Shown here: one piece after another, positions 51,136 to 64,000 of the stretch
Numbering within the stretch: the stretch's first letter is position 1
How the letters are laid out: each line of letters begins with the position of its first letter
Assembly (NCBI RefSeq): GCF_009914755.1
Contig: NC_060937.1
Origin: the human T2T-CHM13v2.0 reference genome, Homo sapiens
Direction: 5' to 3' (one strand)
DNA: 64,000 nt
The notes under the pieces: generated by a model
What the model was told of the DNA's origin: nothing
The model's database searches: none
What the model saw: the letters and a program-made list of their open reading frames with translations, nothing else
Position numbers and translations under genes: made by a program

Positions 51136-54135
51136 TCATTTTCGTAATCCCTTATGGTTTGGATGCAGAGAGGGGTGATTGTGAAAACAACTCAAAATAC
51201 AATTTCTAGTTCTTAAAAACTCTTTTAAGCCAATTTTTGGTTGCCTGGTATGCAGCTCTCCTGTGGAATGCATGTGCTTGCTCTGACAGAGCAAATTTTC
51301 AGTAGGTAAGAATCCCACTAATTATGGAGCTATTCTGCACACTGATCATGTCTGGGAAAAAAGTAGCATGCTTGAAGTGATTAGATTTTCAGACTATTCC
51401 ATTACTCTGTTTATTTGGTCCTTAAAGTACATAATTCAACATTTCAGATTTGCTCTGAAAATGAAAAAGTATGCATTTTTCATAGTTTACATGATATGTT
51501 CAATATGATACTTATGCAAGTTGTTAAATCAATTCTGCAAAGCAGCAGTAAAAAGTGGTCTACAGTTTTAATACATGCTAAGCACTGAAGACAAGTTCTT
51601 CCACAAGGAAATAGAAGGCCTTCTTTTGCCACAAATTTAAAAAAAAAAACTCACCTTTTTTCGAAACATATTTATGAATGAAATTACACACCATTTTAGC
51701 TTTAGTTTTTTATCTGAACAAGCAGAAACGTCTTCTTTCTTCACATAACCATAATCTCACAGTATTGAAAAAGTGGTCACAAGATTGTTTTTGTCCATGG
51801 AAAAGAATAAAAGGGAGGAGTTACTATTATGTTTTCATCTCTTGAATTCTATGACATAAAACGAAGCCTGATAATTAATCAGTATTAACAGATGTTTTTA
51901 ACCTGTATTTTCATGCATCAGGGTGCAATCAATAAACACTTAAAAATAAAGATTTAGTTACAGATCTTTCTATAAGGCACAGATAATGAAAGTATAAACA
52001 TTGTCATGAGAAAGGTAACCTTAAAATGTAACTTCACTCTAATTATCACCTTTTGAAAGAGATGTGGGATCAAAATAGTCGCTTTACCCAAGGGTAGGTT
52101 TTCTTTTTGACTAAAACTTTATTCTTAAAGATTATTTCGATCATTTCATCGTTGTGTCATTTGCAACTTAGAGGCCAAAAGGCCTGCTGAAACCTGCATT
52201 AACCATTTTGAATGGGGATAATTATAAAGTAAATGGTCACTCTAGTGCTCTCAGTGACACCATGATAGCTTCCCGGAATTAATGATAGCTTCAAAGATTT
52301 GTCCCATAAGAGAATATGGTTTATATTTGAAAAAAAATATATCTTAACAATTATAGTAATGGTCACACAAACCACTGAAAGCATTTTTAAATTAAAATTG
52401 ACCTACAGAAAGAAAATTCAAAATATCAAAATAAAAATTCAGTTCCTAACAAGGTAATTATTTTAAAAGCATGCAATTAATGCTCATGAAAATTGTAGGG
52501 AACAAATTTGGTATTGAACAATACACAGAGATGTCAGAGATGATATTAGAAGGTCAACAAATATTTCATTATTATCTATCATGTATACTTCAGTAGGAAT
52601 TATAAGTTTGCTACAAAATGAGTTTTATGAGTCCTATTATTTATTTATTATGCATTTTTCAGAACTATATTCAGGACCTTTTCTCATTTTTCATCAATAT
52701 TGGGTGAATAGTCCAGTTACATGGCTAGTAAAAAAGTCTTTTACAATGAGAGTATAATTTAGTAGACTGCAGCAAGGAATGTAACTTGTGACCTCAGTGT
52801 CCACTGCGTGACAGTCACTCAATAAAGTTTCATCTATGTGTGCCTATGACAGTAAAGTTGCAATAATTATTTTAAAATAAAGCACCCTGTGTATGCAGGG
52901 TAACTTCTTTTGGATATGGGCATATTCTATGCAGTTTTTACAATTATCCTTTCAAACCTGAAAAATATATAGGATCTGTGCACTTTATAATATGTTAATA
53001 TCCATCATTGATTCCATTTGTTTATATTTTGCTAATAAGTATAAAATCAGGTCTGCTATATGGCAGCCATTCAATTTCCCCTCCCCAAAAATTGAGGCAC
53101 CATGTCTGAGCTCTCACAGCATCTTATAATGAAAGTAGAAATATAAATGAAAATATCCAGGATTCATTAAATACTTTCAGAAAGGTCCTCTTAGCTTTGT
53201 TAAATATGAAGTAGAGATTTCTGCAAACCCATGCAGAATATGAAAAAGGTAAAAAAAAGATCTAACATCTATCCATCTCACTATATCCATTATTGGCTGG
53301 TGGATGCTCTCTTTCTACATGTCTCTAGTGCCACCCCAAGTCTAGTGCCTTGAAGTGGCCTTTCTGTTGATTGATCCACATGTAGCTGCAGCACCAGACT
53401 TCAAGATTATTCATTTCTCCTCCTTTCAAGTTGGCCAAAATTCCCTTTTCTTTTGAGCAGCTAATCTTGGGCAGTCAGGAGTTCAGTGTCTGATTAAAAA
53501 TTGTGATCTACATTAGAACTCCAGACCCTTGGGAAGTGCTATTTGTATTTTAAAAGATCATCTTATAAATCAAATTCTTCCAAATAGGTCATACTGTGGC
53601 CACACTGATTTAAGAGGAAGGAATGAGGTCCACAAACACCTCAACTATGCCATTGAGAGGACCATAAAGCACTAGTCTTATGTGTTAAAAAAAACTACAG
53701 AATGGAGGTTTCTGTGCTGGCAAAGAGAGTTATTTAGAATAGATAAAAGAATACACCAGTAGATTAAAGCCAGGGATCACGCAGTAAATCAGGAGACCTG
53801 TGGTTCATGTTAGATTGGCAATTAGCAAATTCAGCCAATATAATTACCTCAATACTTCTCCCATTTCACATATAAAATGTGTACACCTCTCTGGAGATGT
53901 ATAGAATGAGTTAATTCCAAAGCAAACTTTTCCGTGGTGCCTATCTCTCAGACGATCACCACCACTACCTAGAACCACTTCTTGTCTTCTGACTGACAAG
54001 GCTATCCAACCAACCAACACATCATTTAGGATACAACAAACACATCTAGGAAAAGAACATCACACACTTCCTTTGTGAAGTCACTTGATTATTTAGAAAA
54101 AATTTTATGGCTATCTTTAAAATTACATTGCCTTT

Positions 54136-56352
54136 GGAATAAGTTCTTACTTAACAATAATAACATTTAATGTAAATAGATTAAACTTTCCAATCAAAAG
54201 ACATCAAGTGGATGAATGGATAAAAAAAGACCCAATGATCTGTTGCCATATAGAAATGGTAGTGATTTGCCATATAGAAACACCAATAGTGAGCAACCTG
54301 AAAACAAAATCAAGAAAGTAATCCCATTTAAAATAGTTACACATAAAGTTAAATACCTGGGAATTAACCAAAGAAGTGAAAGAACCCTACAATGAAAACT
54401 ATAAAACACTGATGCAATAAATTAAAGATGACATACCAAAAAATGAAAGTATATTCCATGTTCATGGATTAGAAGAATCAACATTGTCAAAATGTCTATA
54501 CTACCCAAAGCAATCTACAGATTTAAGACAATCTCTATCTCTATTTTGATAGAGATTAATAGAATGCCATTCTTTACAGAAATAGAAAAAACAGTCCTAA
54601 AATTTATATGGAACCATCTCTATTCATTTCTATTTTGATAGAGATTAATAGAATGCCATTCCTCACTGAAATAGAAAAAAAAATCCAAAAATGTATACGA
54701 AATCACAAAAGACCCAGAATAAACAAAGCTATCATAAGCAAAAAGAACAGAATGGGAGAAATTGTATTACCTGACTTCAAACTATACTACAGAGCTACAG
54801 TAACCAAAACAGCATGGGACTGGTATGAAAACAGACACATATATCAGTGAAATAGAATAGTGAACACAGATAAATCCACACACCTAACAGTGAACTCATT
54901 TTTGACAAAGGTGTCAAGAACATACAGTCTGGAAAAGATAGTCTTTTCAATAAATGGCCCTAGGAAAACTGGATAGCCATATACAGAAGAATGAAACTCA
55001 GACCCCCATCGCTCACCATATAAAAAATCATATAAAAATGGATTAAAGACTTAAATCTAAGACCTCAAACTAAGAAACTTCTAAAAGAGAACATTGGGGA
55101 AACTCTTCAAGACACTGAGCAAAGATATCTTGTGTCATACCCCGCAAGCACAAGTAACAAAAGCAAAAATGAACAAATGAGATCATATCAAGTTTAAAAG
55201 CTGCACAGCAAAGGAAATAACACAGTGAAGAGACAATCCACAGAATGGAAGGAAATATTTGCAAACTACCCATCTGACAGGAAATTAATCACCAGAATAT
55301 ATAAGGAGCTCAGACAATTCTATAGGGAAAAACATGTAATAATCTGATTTTAAAACGGGCAAAAGATCTGAATAGACATTACTCAAAAGAAGACATACAA
55401 ATGGCAAACAGGTATATGAAAAGGTGCTCAACATCAATGATCATCAGAGAAATGCCAATCAAAACTACTGTGAGATATTATCTTACCCCAGTTAAAATGG
55501 TTTATATCCAAAAGACAGGCAATAACAGATGCTGGCAAGGATGTGGAGAAAAGGGAACCCTCATAAACTGTTGGTGTAAATGGAACCTACCTGGAGAATA
55601 GTTTGGAAGCTCTTTAAAAAACTAAATCTAGAGCTACCATATGATCCAGCAATCCCACTCCTAGGTATATACACGAAAGAAAGAAAATTAGTATGTTGAG
55701 CAGATATCTGCCCTCCCATGTTTATTGCAGCACTATTCACAATAGCTAAGATTTGGAAGCAACCTAAGTGTCCATCAACAGACAAATGGATAAAGAAAAT
55801 GTGGTACATATACTCAATGGAGTACTATTCCTCCATTTAAAAAAGAATGAGATCCTGTCACTTGCAACAACACGCATGGAACTGGATGACATTAAGTTAA
55901 ATGAAATAAGCCAGACACTAAAAGACAAACTTCACATTTTCTCACTTATTTGGGGGAGCTAAAAATTAAAATAAAATAATTGAACTCATGGAGATAGACG
56001 GTAGAAAGATGGTTACCAGAGGCTGGGAATGATAGCCTGGGAGTGCACAGGGGACAAGTAGGAATGGTTAATGAGTACAAAAAATAGTTAAAAATAACGA
56101 ATAAGAACTAGTATTTGCTAACGTAACAGGGTGATTATAGTGAAAAATAATTTAATTGTAGATTTTAAAATAGATTTTAAAATAATTAAAAGTATACAAT
56201 TGGATTATTTGTAATCCAAAGGACAAATGCTTATGGTTATGTATACCCATTTACCCTGATGTGATTATTACGCGTTGCATGCTTGTATCAAATTACCTCA
56301 TGTAACCCATAAATATATACACCTACTATATACCCACAATTTTTTTTTAATT
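54136..56352 (+). mobile_element. L1MA (L1MA2/3-like): ORF2 start, large internal gap, ORF2 C-terminal part and 3'UTR
   Basis: ORF fragments [21 protein letters not shown] and [33 protein letters not shown] match the L1 ORF2p C-terminus; 3'UTR ends ccctgatgtgattattacgc..cccataaatatatacacctacta. Many stops. Confidence 0.93.
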
Positions 56353-57124
56353 ATCCTGCCTTTAGCTCTTGGGTTATCCATGTGTTTTGCCATTAGAAGA
56401 TATTTACGAACTTCACTGTTAGGCTGTAGTTGATTGTAATCGCTGCTAGAGAAGCAGGGCACACAGAACAGTGAACAATTCTGAGAGCTAGTTCTGTATG
56501 GACACAATGGGTAACACAATTTTAACAAGTGATATTCTTCATGCCTCCTGGGTTCCATTCTGTGACAGATGACAATCATCAGCTTAATGAAAAGTCATGA
56601 TCAGATTGGCTTCCCAATCCATGATCCTTCTATGTGCATTCACAAAGCCTTATTCTACTGAGAGAGAAAGGCATATGGTAAAATACTACACAGTGAATAA
56701 ATGATATAGGGGGAGATTGTTATGGAGAGGTTTTGCTTAATCACATGAAAATAAATGCCAATCATAATGTGAAATATAAAAATCAGAACCAACCTTAAAT
56801 ATCTTTTTTTACTAGTTTTTCTAAATCCTGTTCATATTAAAATGTACCAACTATTTATAGAAAACCAAGAAAATTCTGTTTTCCTGAAACAAATAGCAAA
56901 ATAAATTTGAACAGTGTTACAAAGAAGAGCTTAAAAGATAAACATACAAAGCCCAACATGAATAGACTGTCAGTTTTATGTTGAAAGGAGTTCTCACATA
57001 CAGGAGGCATGGCTACTGACTAGGCCCCAAGTGGCAGAGATCAGATCTCTCAGCTCAGTTTAACAGGTTCTTAAGAAAGATTAACCACCCAACCACCACT
57101 GCAGTAAAATAATGAAAAATCAAT

Positions 57125-57515
57125 TCAACATCATTTATTTATTTACTCAACAAATAGAGATGCAAGAATACCAGGCTCTATGCTAGATGTTGCAGATACA
57201 ATGATGAACCAAACAGAACTGAACCCTCTTTGAGTTTGTGGTCTTGGGAAGAAATTAATCAGATCATCACAATAAATAATGCAGAATTGCAAACTGTGAG
57301 AAGTGAAGGAAAGGTAGAGGGAAATACGGGAAAGAATAATGAAAGGATCCGGCCTGTTAGAGAGAATTCTTGGAGGACTGGTGATGCTTGAGCCAAACTA
57401 TGGAAGACGAAAGGGTGTGAATCAGTGAGGAACATTGGGGCTCAAAAATCAGTGTGGGACAAGATCTCAGAGTGAGAGACAATGTGGGTACATTCAAGGA
57501 AGTAAAAGGACATCA
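57125..57515 (-). mobile_element. L2
   Basis: tcatttatt..caacaaata..ccaggctctatgctag..gatacaatgatgaa..aattgcaaactgtg. Confidence 0.75.
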
Positions 57516-57549
57516 GTCGTGGTAAATCAGATTTGGGAACTGAACCTAC

Positions 57550-57780
57550 ACTAGAGCCTTGTGCATGTTGTCTCATTTGACAATCACAATGACCAATCAA
57601 ATTGGTGTTAATATGATTTTCATTATGCATATGTAGGAACCAACACTTACAGAAAGTGTAAGCAACTTATCCACAGCTACCCAGAAAGTAAATTATAGAT
57701 CTGGATCTGATAATCTCGATTAGTCTGAAATACATAAAGACACCATACAGCTAGACTAGGGAATTTCTACCCTTGCCCTC
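57550..57780 (-). mobile_element. MIR
   Basis: catgttgtctcatttga.aatcacaat..taagcaacttatcca.ag..acccag.aagtaa. Confidence 0.6.
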
Positions 57781-59218
57781 ATCTCTTGAGTACTACTGCC
57801 TCTTTTAGTGCCCCAGCCCATAGCTGCATAGTTCAGGGCAAACCCAATCATTGCCAGCAAAGCATTTTTTCCTATCTACTGATTAAGCATATGCAGTAAT
57901 GCAAGGCATCCATTAATTTCTATAAATTCCAAAATGCTAGAAAAGGATGGTGAACCATCAGCTCTCAAGGATGGAGTTTTATGGAAATTTTATGAAAATA
58001 TTCTCTTTCTATATTCGAAAGTAACAATGCTTGGTGCTTGTCCAAGAAGTGGTAAATATTTAAAATAGAAGTGGGCTCAGGAAAGATTTTTTTCTTTTAA
58101 GTTGGGTTGATGCAGCCATGAATGCTCATTGCTCAACTGATTTAAATTCTCTGTGGCAGCTGATTTCTCTCCATTCCACACCTTTTCCCCTGGGCTTTCA
58201 GAAGGCCACACCCTGCAGGTTTTTCCTTGTTCCTCAGGCTTCCTGTGTGTCTCCTTGTCTTCCCTGTTGGTGTGTCCCATGTCTCTGAACATTGACACAC
58301 CCATGTTCTATCAAGGATTGGCCTATGAAACCAAGAATCCGTACCTTCCACTGAAAAGACATTGGCAATATCCAACATTCCTATGTGGTTATTTATGCAG
58401 GCATAAATTGTTATTTAGGACTTGGAACAATTATACAGATACTTGAAAAGAATCAAGCAATTAAAAATACACATACATGTGCATGCACACACACACATAC
58501 ACACACGACAATGCTGTTAAAACTCTTGAAAATTTTCCCAGAAAAACTAGGGAGAAAGACTTTAAAGGTATCAGGAAGAACAATAAAGCAGATTCTGTGA
58601 GGCACCTACAATCTGGATTTTGTCAACAAGTCTCAGAAGACTTACCTCAGCTGTACCCTATGTCTCTCATTTAAAATTATAAACGTTGGGGGCCATAAAA
58701 GACAAGTACAATAATGATTAATATTTCACATACTCTGAAAAATATTTATGCAGAGCTACAACCTCTGTCTGAATTTTATTTCTAAACCAGAGTTAAAGAC
58801 TTTTGGTGTGGAAGAAATTTTAAAATGCCCAGTTCACGGGAGTTCCACAGTCCTCAGATTTTCAATAATAGTAAGATTGGGGACTGGAGATGGCACAATA
58901 AATTCAGAGTCGACAAACTAGCAATGGAAATGCTTGCAACTGGTCATCCAATTTGTTTAGGCTGCATATTTAGGATGTGGAAATAATACGTTTCCTTTAG
59001 CAGCAAGGTGGCATCTCAGCTTTCAAGACCTTAGGGGTGGTTTGAGCTGTCTTATAAGCCAAGGACTGTTGGAAAGGAATGCAAATTCGAGGACATGTAA
59101 GGATGTTTAAGAAAGGTTGTGGATTTTTCTTTGTTGCAGTGCTCAGAATACATTTCTTCTCCTGGGAATGCCTTGTTGTAATCCTGCCCACAGGCTGAAG
59201 GTGAAATGTAGAATCTTG

Positions 59219-59388
59219 TTTTTTTTTTTTTTTTTAAATCAAGACAGGGTCTTGCATCTTGCTCTGTTGCCCAGGCTGGAGTGCAAATGGGAGATCATGG
59301 CTCACTGCACCCTTGACCTCCTATGCTCAAGTGATACTCCCACCTCGACCCCACAAAGTATTGGGATTACAGGCATGAGCTTCCCAGC
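59219..59388 (-). mobile_element. Monomer-length Alu (FRAM/FAM-like or intra-Alu recombinant)
   Basis: Right-arm 3' part joined to caaagtattgggattacaggcatgagc; degenerate 16-bp TSD tgaaatgtagaatctt / tgaaatgtgcagtctt. Confidence 0.85.
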
Positions 59389-59424
59389 TGAAATGTGCAG
59401 TCTTAAACTGACTTGAAATCATGG

Positions 59425-59960
59425 GTTTATTCCTCATTCAGTTGTTCAGTTGTTCAACTCTCACTGAGCTAGGTGTGGGGCTGGGCACTGCAGATGGAGC
59501 ACTGAGAAGCCGTCATTGTCGTACTCTTCACCATGCTTCACTACAGCAAGCAAGGCAGATATTTACAAATAACTCCAAGTCTGACGTGTGTCACTAAGAA
59601 TGGCAGGACATTCGAAAGAAAGAACTGTTATGCCAACCCACTCCCCTGCAACGGCCTCACTACTGAACTGGACTAAGTGGGGTCTGGATCGACTTCCTTG
59701 AAGAAATTACATTTGAAAGGTTGAGACCAGGACCCGGTAAATGGGAGTGGAAAAGAAGGGGCTATTCCAGGCAGAGAGGACAGCTTGGATGGATGTCAAA
59801 GCAGAACACGCCCCAGGCTGGCTAGGAGTTTGAAGATGGGAGGTGGCAGCAAGGTGTGGCAGTGAGGAGGCTAACATGGAGGCCACAAGGTTGACCTCTC
59901 TTTTTCTATATTAGATGAGAAAAAATGAAACCCACTGGCATGATCTGATTTGCACTTTAT
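59425..59960 (-). mobile_element. L2
   Basis: cactgagc..gctgggcactg.agat..tattccaggcagag.gga.cagc..atgatctgatttgcacttt. Confidence 0.65.
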
Positions 59961-60119
59961 GAACCGCACAATCCTCAGCTTATGAGTGTATGTTAAACTC
60001 ACATCCTCACAGCGAAATGAGCTGTGACTTCAAGTGACAGAGACAGAGACACCAGTAGGTCCAAATTTCCACGTGCTTAAACAATAGTTTCCCACGTGAA
60101 CCTCATTTCTCTCTGAAAA

Positions 60120-60340
60120 AACAATAATCATAGCTGACACTTACTGAAAATTTACTTATACCAAGCACCAGTCTAAGCATGTCACGGAAGTTGTCTCATT
60201 TAATCTGAGTTAGATACTATTATCACTTTCATTTAGTGAATAAAAAATTTAATAATAGTAATTTTTTTAAAAAATTGCCCAAATTAAAAAACAATGGCAA
60301 GTAGTCATCCTGTTTTGGTGTCCACTAAAACCTTCAGGGC
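60120..60340 (-). mobile_element. MIR
   Basis: aataatcatagctgacacttactga..ccaagcac..ctaagca..tctcatttaatc..tactattatc. Confidence 0.7.
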
Positions 60341-61469
60341 TCCAGGGCAGTGATTTCATAGATAATTTCACATCACTGACTTGTTGTTGCTGGCACTGCA
60401 GTATTCACACTGAACTCATAGATTGCTGGATATACTATATACCATCTTCACCAGTACCACATGTTTTCATGAAGAATGATAGTAGTAAATTGCTTGCTAT
60501 ATTTGTGCCCCTGCAGCAAGTCACAATTGCTGAGTTCATATTGCATTTCATATGTTTTTCATGTCACTGTCATATTATGTTATGGCTGTAACACAGCATA
60601 AGACAATTGTTCAGTCAGTTGTTGCCTCAAGAATATTTACAATAGTATCGTATCAAAAAAATGCATATCTACCCATTCACACATTAACCAATGTTGTGAG
60701 GGCACCGGTTTCAGCCCTATTACAAGAGAGACACTTGGCGTAATAAAGTTGTCTTAAAAGGGAAGTAATGAATTTTAGACTGCATGAACTTACACAATCT
60801 TCCCTTTTAATAGCAAAATAAATATGATTTTGTGGAGGTAGAGTATTGCCTTGTTTTACAGCAAAAGTACCATATTTTATCAGGAAAATATGATATGAAG
60901 AATTTCACATTAAGGATGATCTATGAAAACCACATGAAAAATTTTAAAATGTAACCTGGAATTGTTGAATATGTTAATATTAGCCTTCTTGCCAAAAGCA
61001 GGAACATCTTTTCCAGAACTGGGTAGAAGGGAACACAATGTAATCAAGTAATAATCCAGGGTCTATCTTCTGCCAAATTGAAAAGTTGCCTTTGATTTTT
61101 CCATGAAATAGTTAGTATTCATTATTGCACAATAGATGTTTATGTACTAATATAATATTTTAGAAAATGGTTATGAATAAATAACCTGGACAGAATAACT
61201 GATAACCACACAATTCTAAGTGCATGCTATCTGCTATAATAAAAATGTTCACTGCTACATCTTAAGTTAAACCTGGAGTACAAGAAAAACAATCTACATT
61301 AAAACCTCATCTATTAAAAAGACCTACATGCATATTATAAACAAGTGATAAAGAAAATGCTGAAAACTCGTCAATTTTAAATATCTAAAAATTTTTAGAT
61401 CATATATATTTAAGAAATGGGAGTGACACAATTGAATTGTAGATGCTGGTTAATTAAGTAAAATTACAC

Positions 61470-62650
<1,181 letters not shown>

Positions 62651-63867
62651 CATACAGATTATTTCCATAAAATTTACTTCTAAATCTTGATCATGAAGTT
62701 TCTGTAAAATTACAGTTGTGTGTGGAGTGAGTGAGTGTGTGTGTGTGTATGTGTTTAATCAATTCTTAGAAGTGGGAGTCATAAATATTCAGGCTATAAT
62801 AAATATCTTAAAATAGTCTAATTCTTAATTAGTATTTGTAAATGTGTTTACCCTTGCACAGTGTTCTAGAAGCAAGCGTTTCAAAACTTCAGCATAAAGA
62901 TAAAATCAAAATTGCCATTGCCTGATAAAAATCCAAAGATAAATTATAATGCTTACCTTTAAAATCAACATTAAGCAAAATAATAGCCTAGCAACATTGG
63001 CATTGTCAAAATAAACTTCAGGACATTTTACTAAGTATAACTTGACATAATTTTTAAACTTAGTCTTAAAACTCATATTTTAAATACATATCGATGAAAT
63101 TCTCTGCTTTACATACATCCTATCTTCATAAACAACTGCCTTAATTTCTTTTATTATGACGCTGAGGAACTGAAAGACTAACATAGTTAATCAAAGAATA
63201 TATACACTTTCAGTTTGTGAAAGATATACTGGATTTTATGTCCACCTCAAAATGCTCAGCATCCTAAGGACAAACCGAGGGCCATAAGGAGAGAGTTTTT
63301 TTTTTTTCTTTTTCTGTGTGAAACAGACTTTTCTGCTTGAAAGCAACAGTACATACTGTACTACCTAGACTGAAACAGATTTAGGATTAGTAGTGGGTGA
63401 AAACTGGCAAGTTTTCCTTCATATAAATCTTGCTAACAACATAGCAGATTTCATTATCCTGAAAAAAAATCTTAAAACTTTCTAAAGCAAAAGCAAAACA
63501 AAATATGTATGACTTTTCGCCCAGAATAATTATTGCTGCCACAACAGTCAGTTCACTCTGAATATGTGGAGAATTGTATAATCTCATCAGGGGGCCTCAG
63601 AGTTATCTGTCCTCTAGCTGTAAATAAATAAGAAATTGGATAACCAATTTTGAATTTTACTTTCCATTTAAAGTTATCTATCACGTTCTTGGAAAGAGAT
63701 ACCCAAATTAGGTGATACAATGTGATGTGGCACTTTAATAGGTTTTCCATTTTCTAACTACAATATTGAGAAACTTTACTTGGACACATCAACTCTGAGT
63801 TTATATCCGACATGTAAGACCTTCTGCTCGATGTTGACGATCTACTTCCCGGTGTTTTCTACAACTA

Positions 63868-63919
63868 TATTTGTCCCTTGAACAACACAGGTTTGAACTA
63901 CAGACCACTTATATGCAGA
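63868..63919 (+). mobile_element. Tigger2/MER8-like terminal fragment
   Basis: TA followed by ..ttgtcccttgaacaacacaggtttgaact..ccacttatatgcagattttt. Confidence 0.7.
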
Positions 63920-64000
63920 TTTTTTTTTCTTTTTTTTTTTGAGATGGTGTCTCGCTCTGTCGCCCAGGCTGGAGTGTAGAGGTGCAATCTCTGCTCACTG
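63920..64000 (-). mobile_element. Alu 3' end, cut by the window edge
   Basis: T-tail then gagatggtgtctcgctctgtcgcccaggctggagtg. Confidence 0.92.

Noticed and set aside
54608-55962. ORFs matching L1 ORF2p
   Set aside because: Real homology but fragments of a dead L1 with stops and frameshifts; not a host gene or an active element.

Overview
Primate (most likely human) AT-rich, CpG-depleted genomic DNA: it carries AluJ, AluS and AluY, THE1/MST/MLT1 MaLR LTRs, MER4- and MER34-group ERV1 LTRs, L1, L2, MIR and Tigger-derived elements. I recognise no protein-coding exon, RNA gene or CpG island. The supplied ORFs are repeat read-throughs, low-complexity translations or chance ORFs, apart from decayed L1 ORF2 fragments at 54.1-56.0 kb. 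LTRs occur about equally on both strands, which suggests intergenic or young lncRNA territory. The best-supported unusual structure is a ~258 bp inverted duplication (2364-2620 / 3330-3587, ~93% identical by hand alignment) around a 709 bp spacer; it copied part of an MSTA LTR plus unique flank. Other observations are template-switch scars in an L1MA, nested LTRs, an inverted Alu pair around an AT-rich palindromic minisatellite, CTCF-like motifs, enhancer-like motif clusters and speculative minus-strand exon candidates. Repeat subfamily calls come from remembered consensus sequences and need RepeatMasker/Dfam confirmation. Boundaries of old elements are approximate. I found no evidence for a novel biological system beyond these hypotheses.
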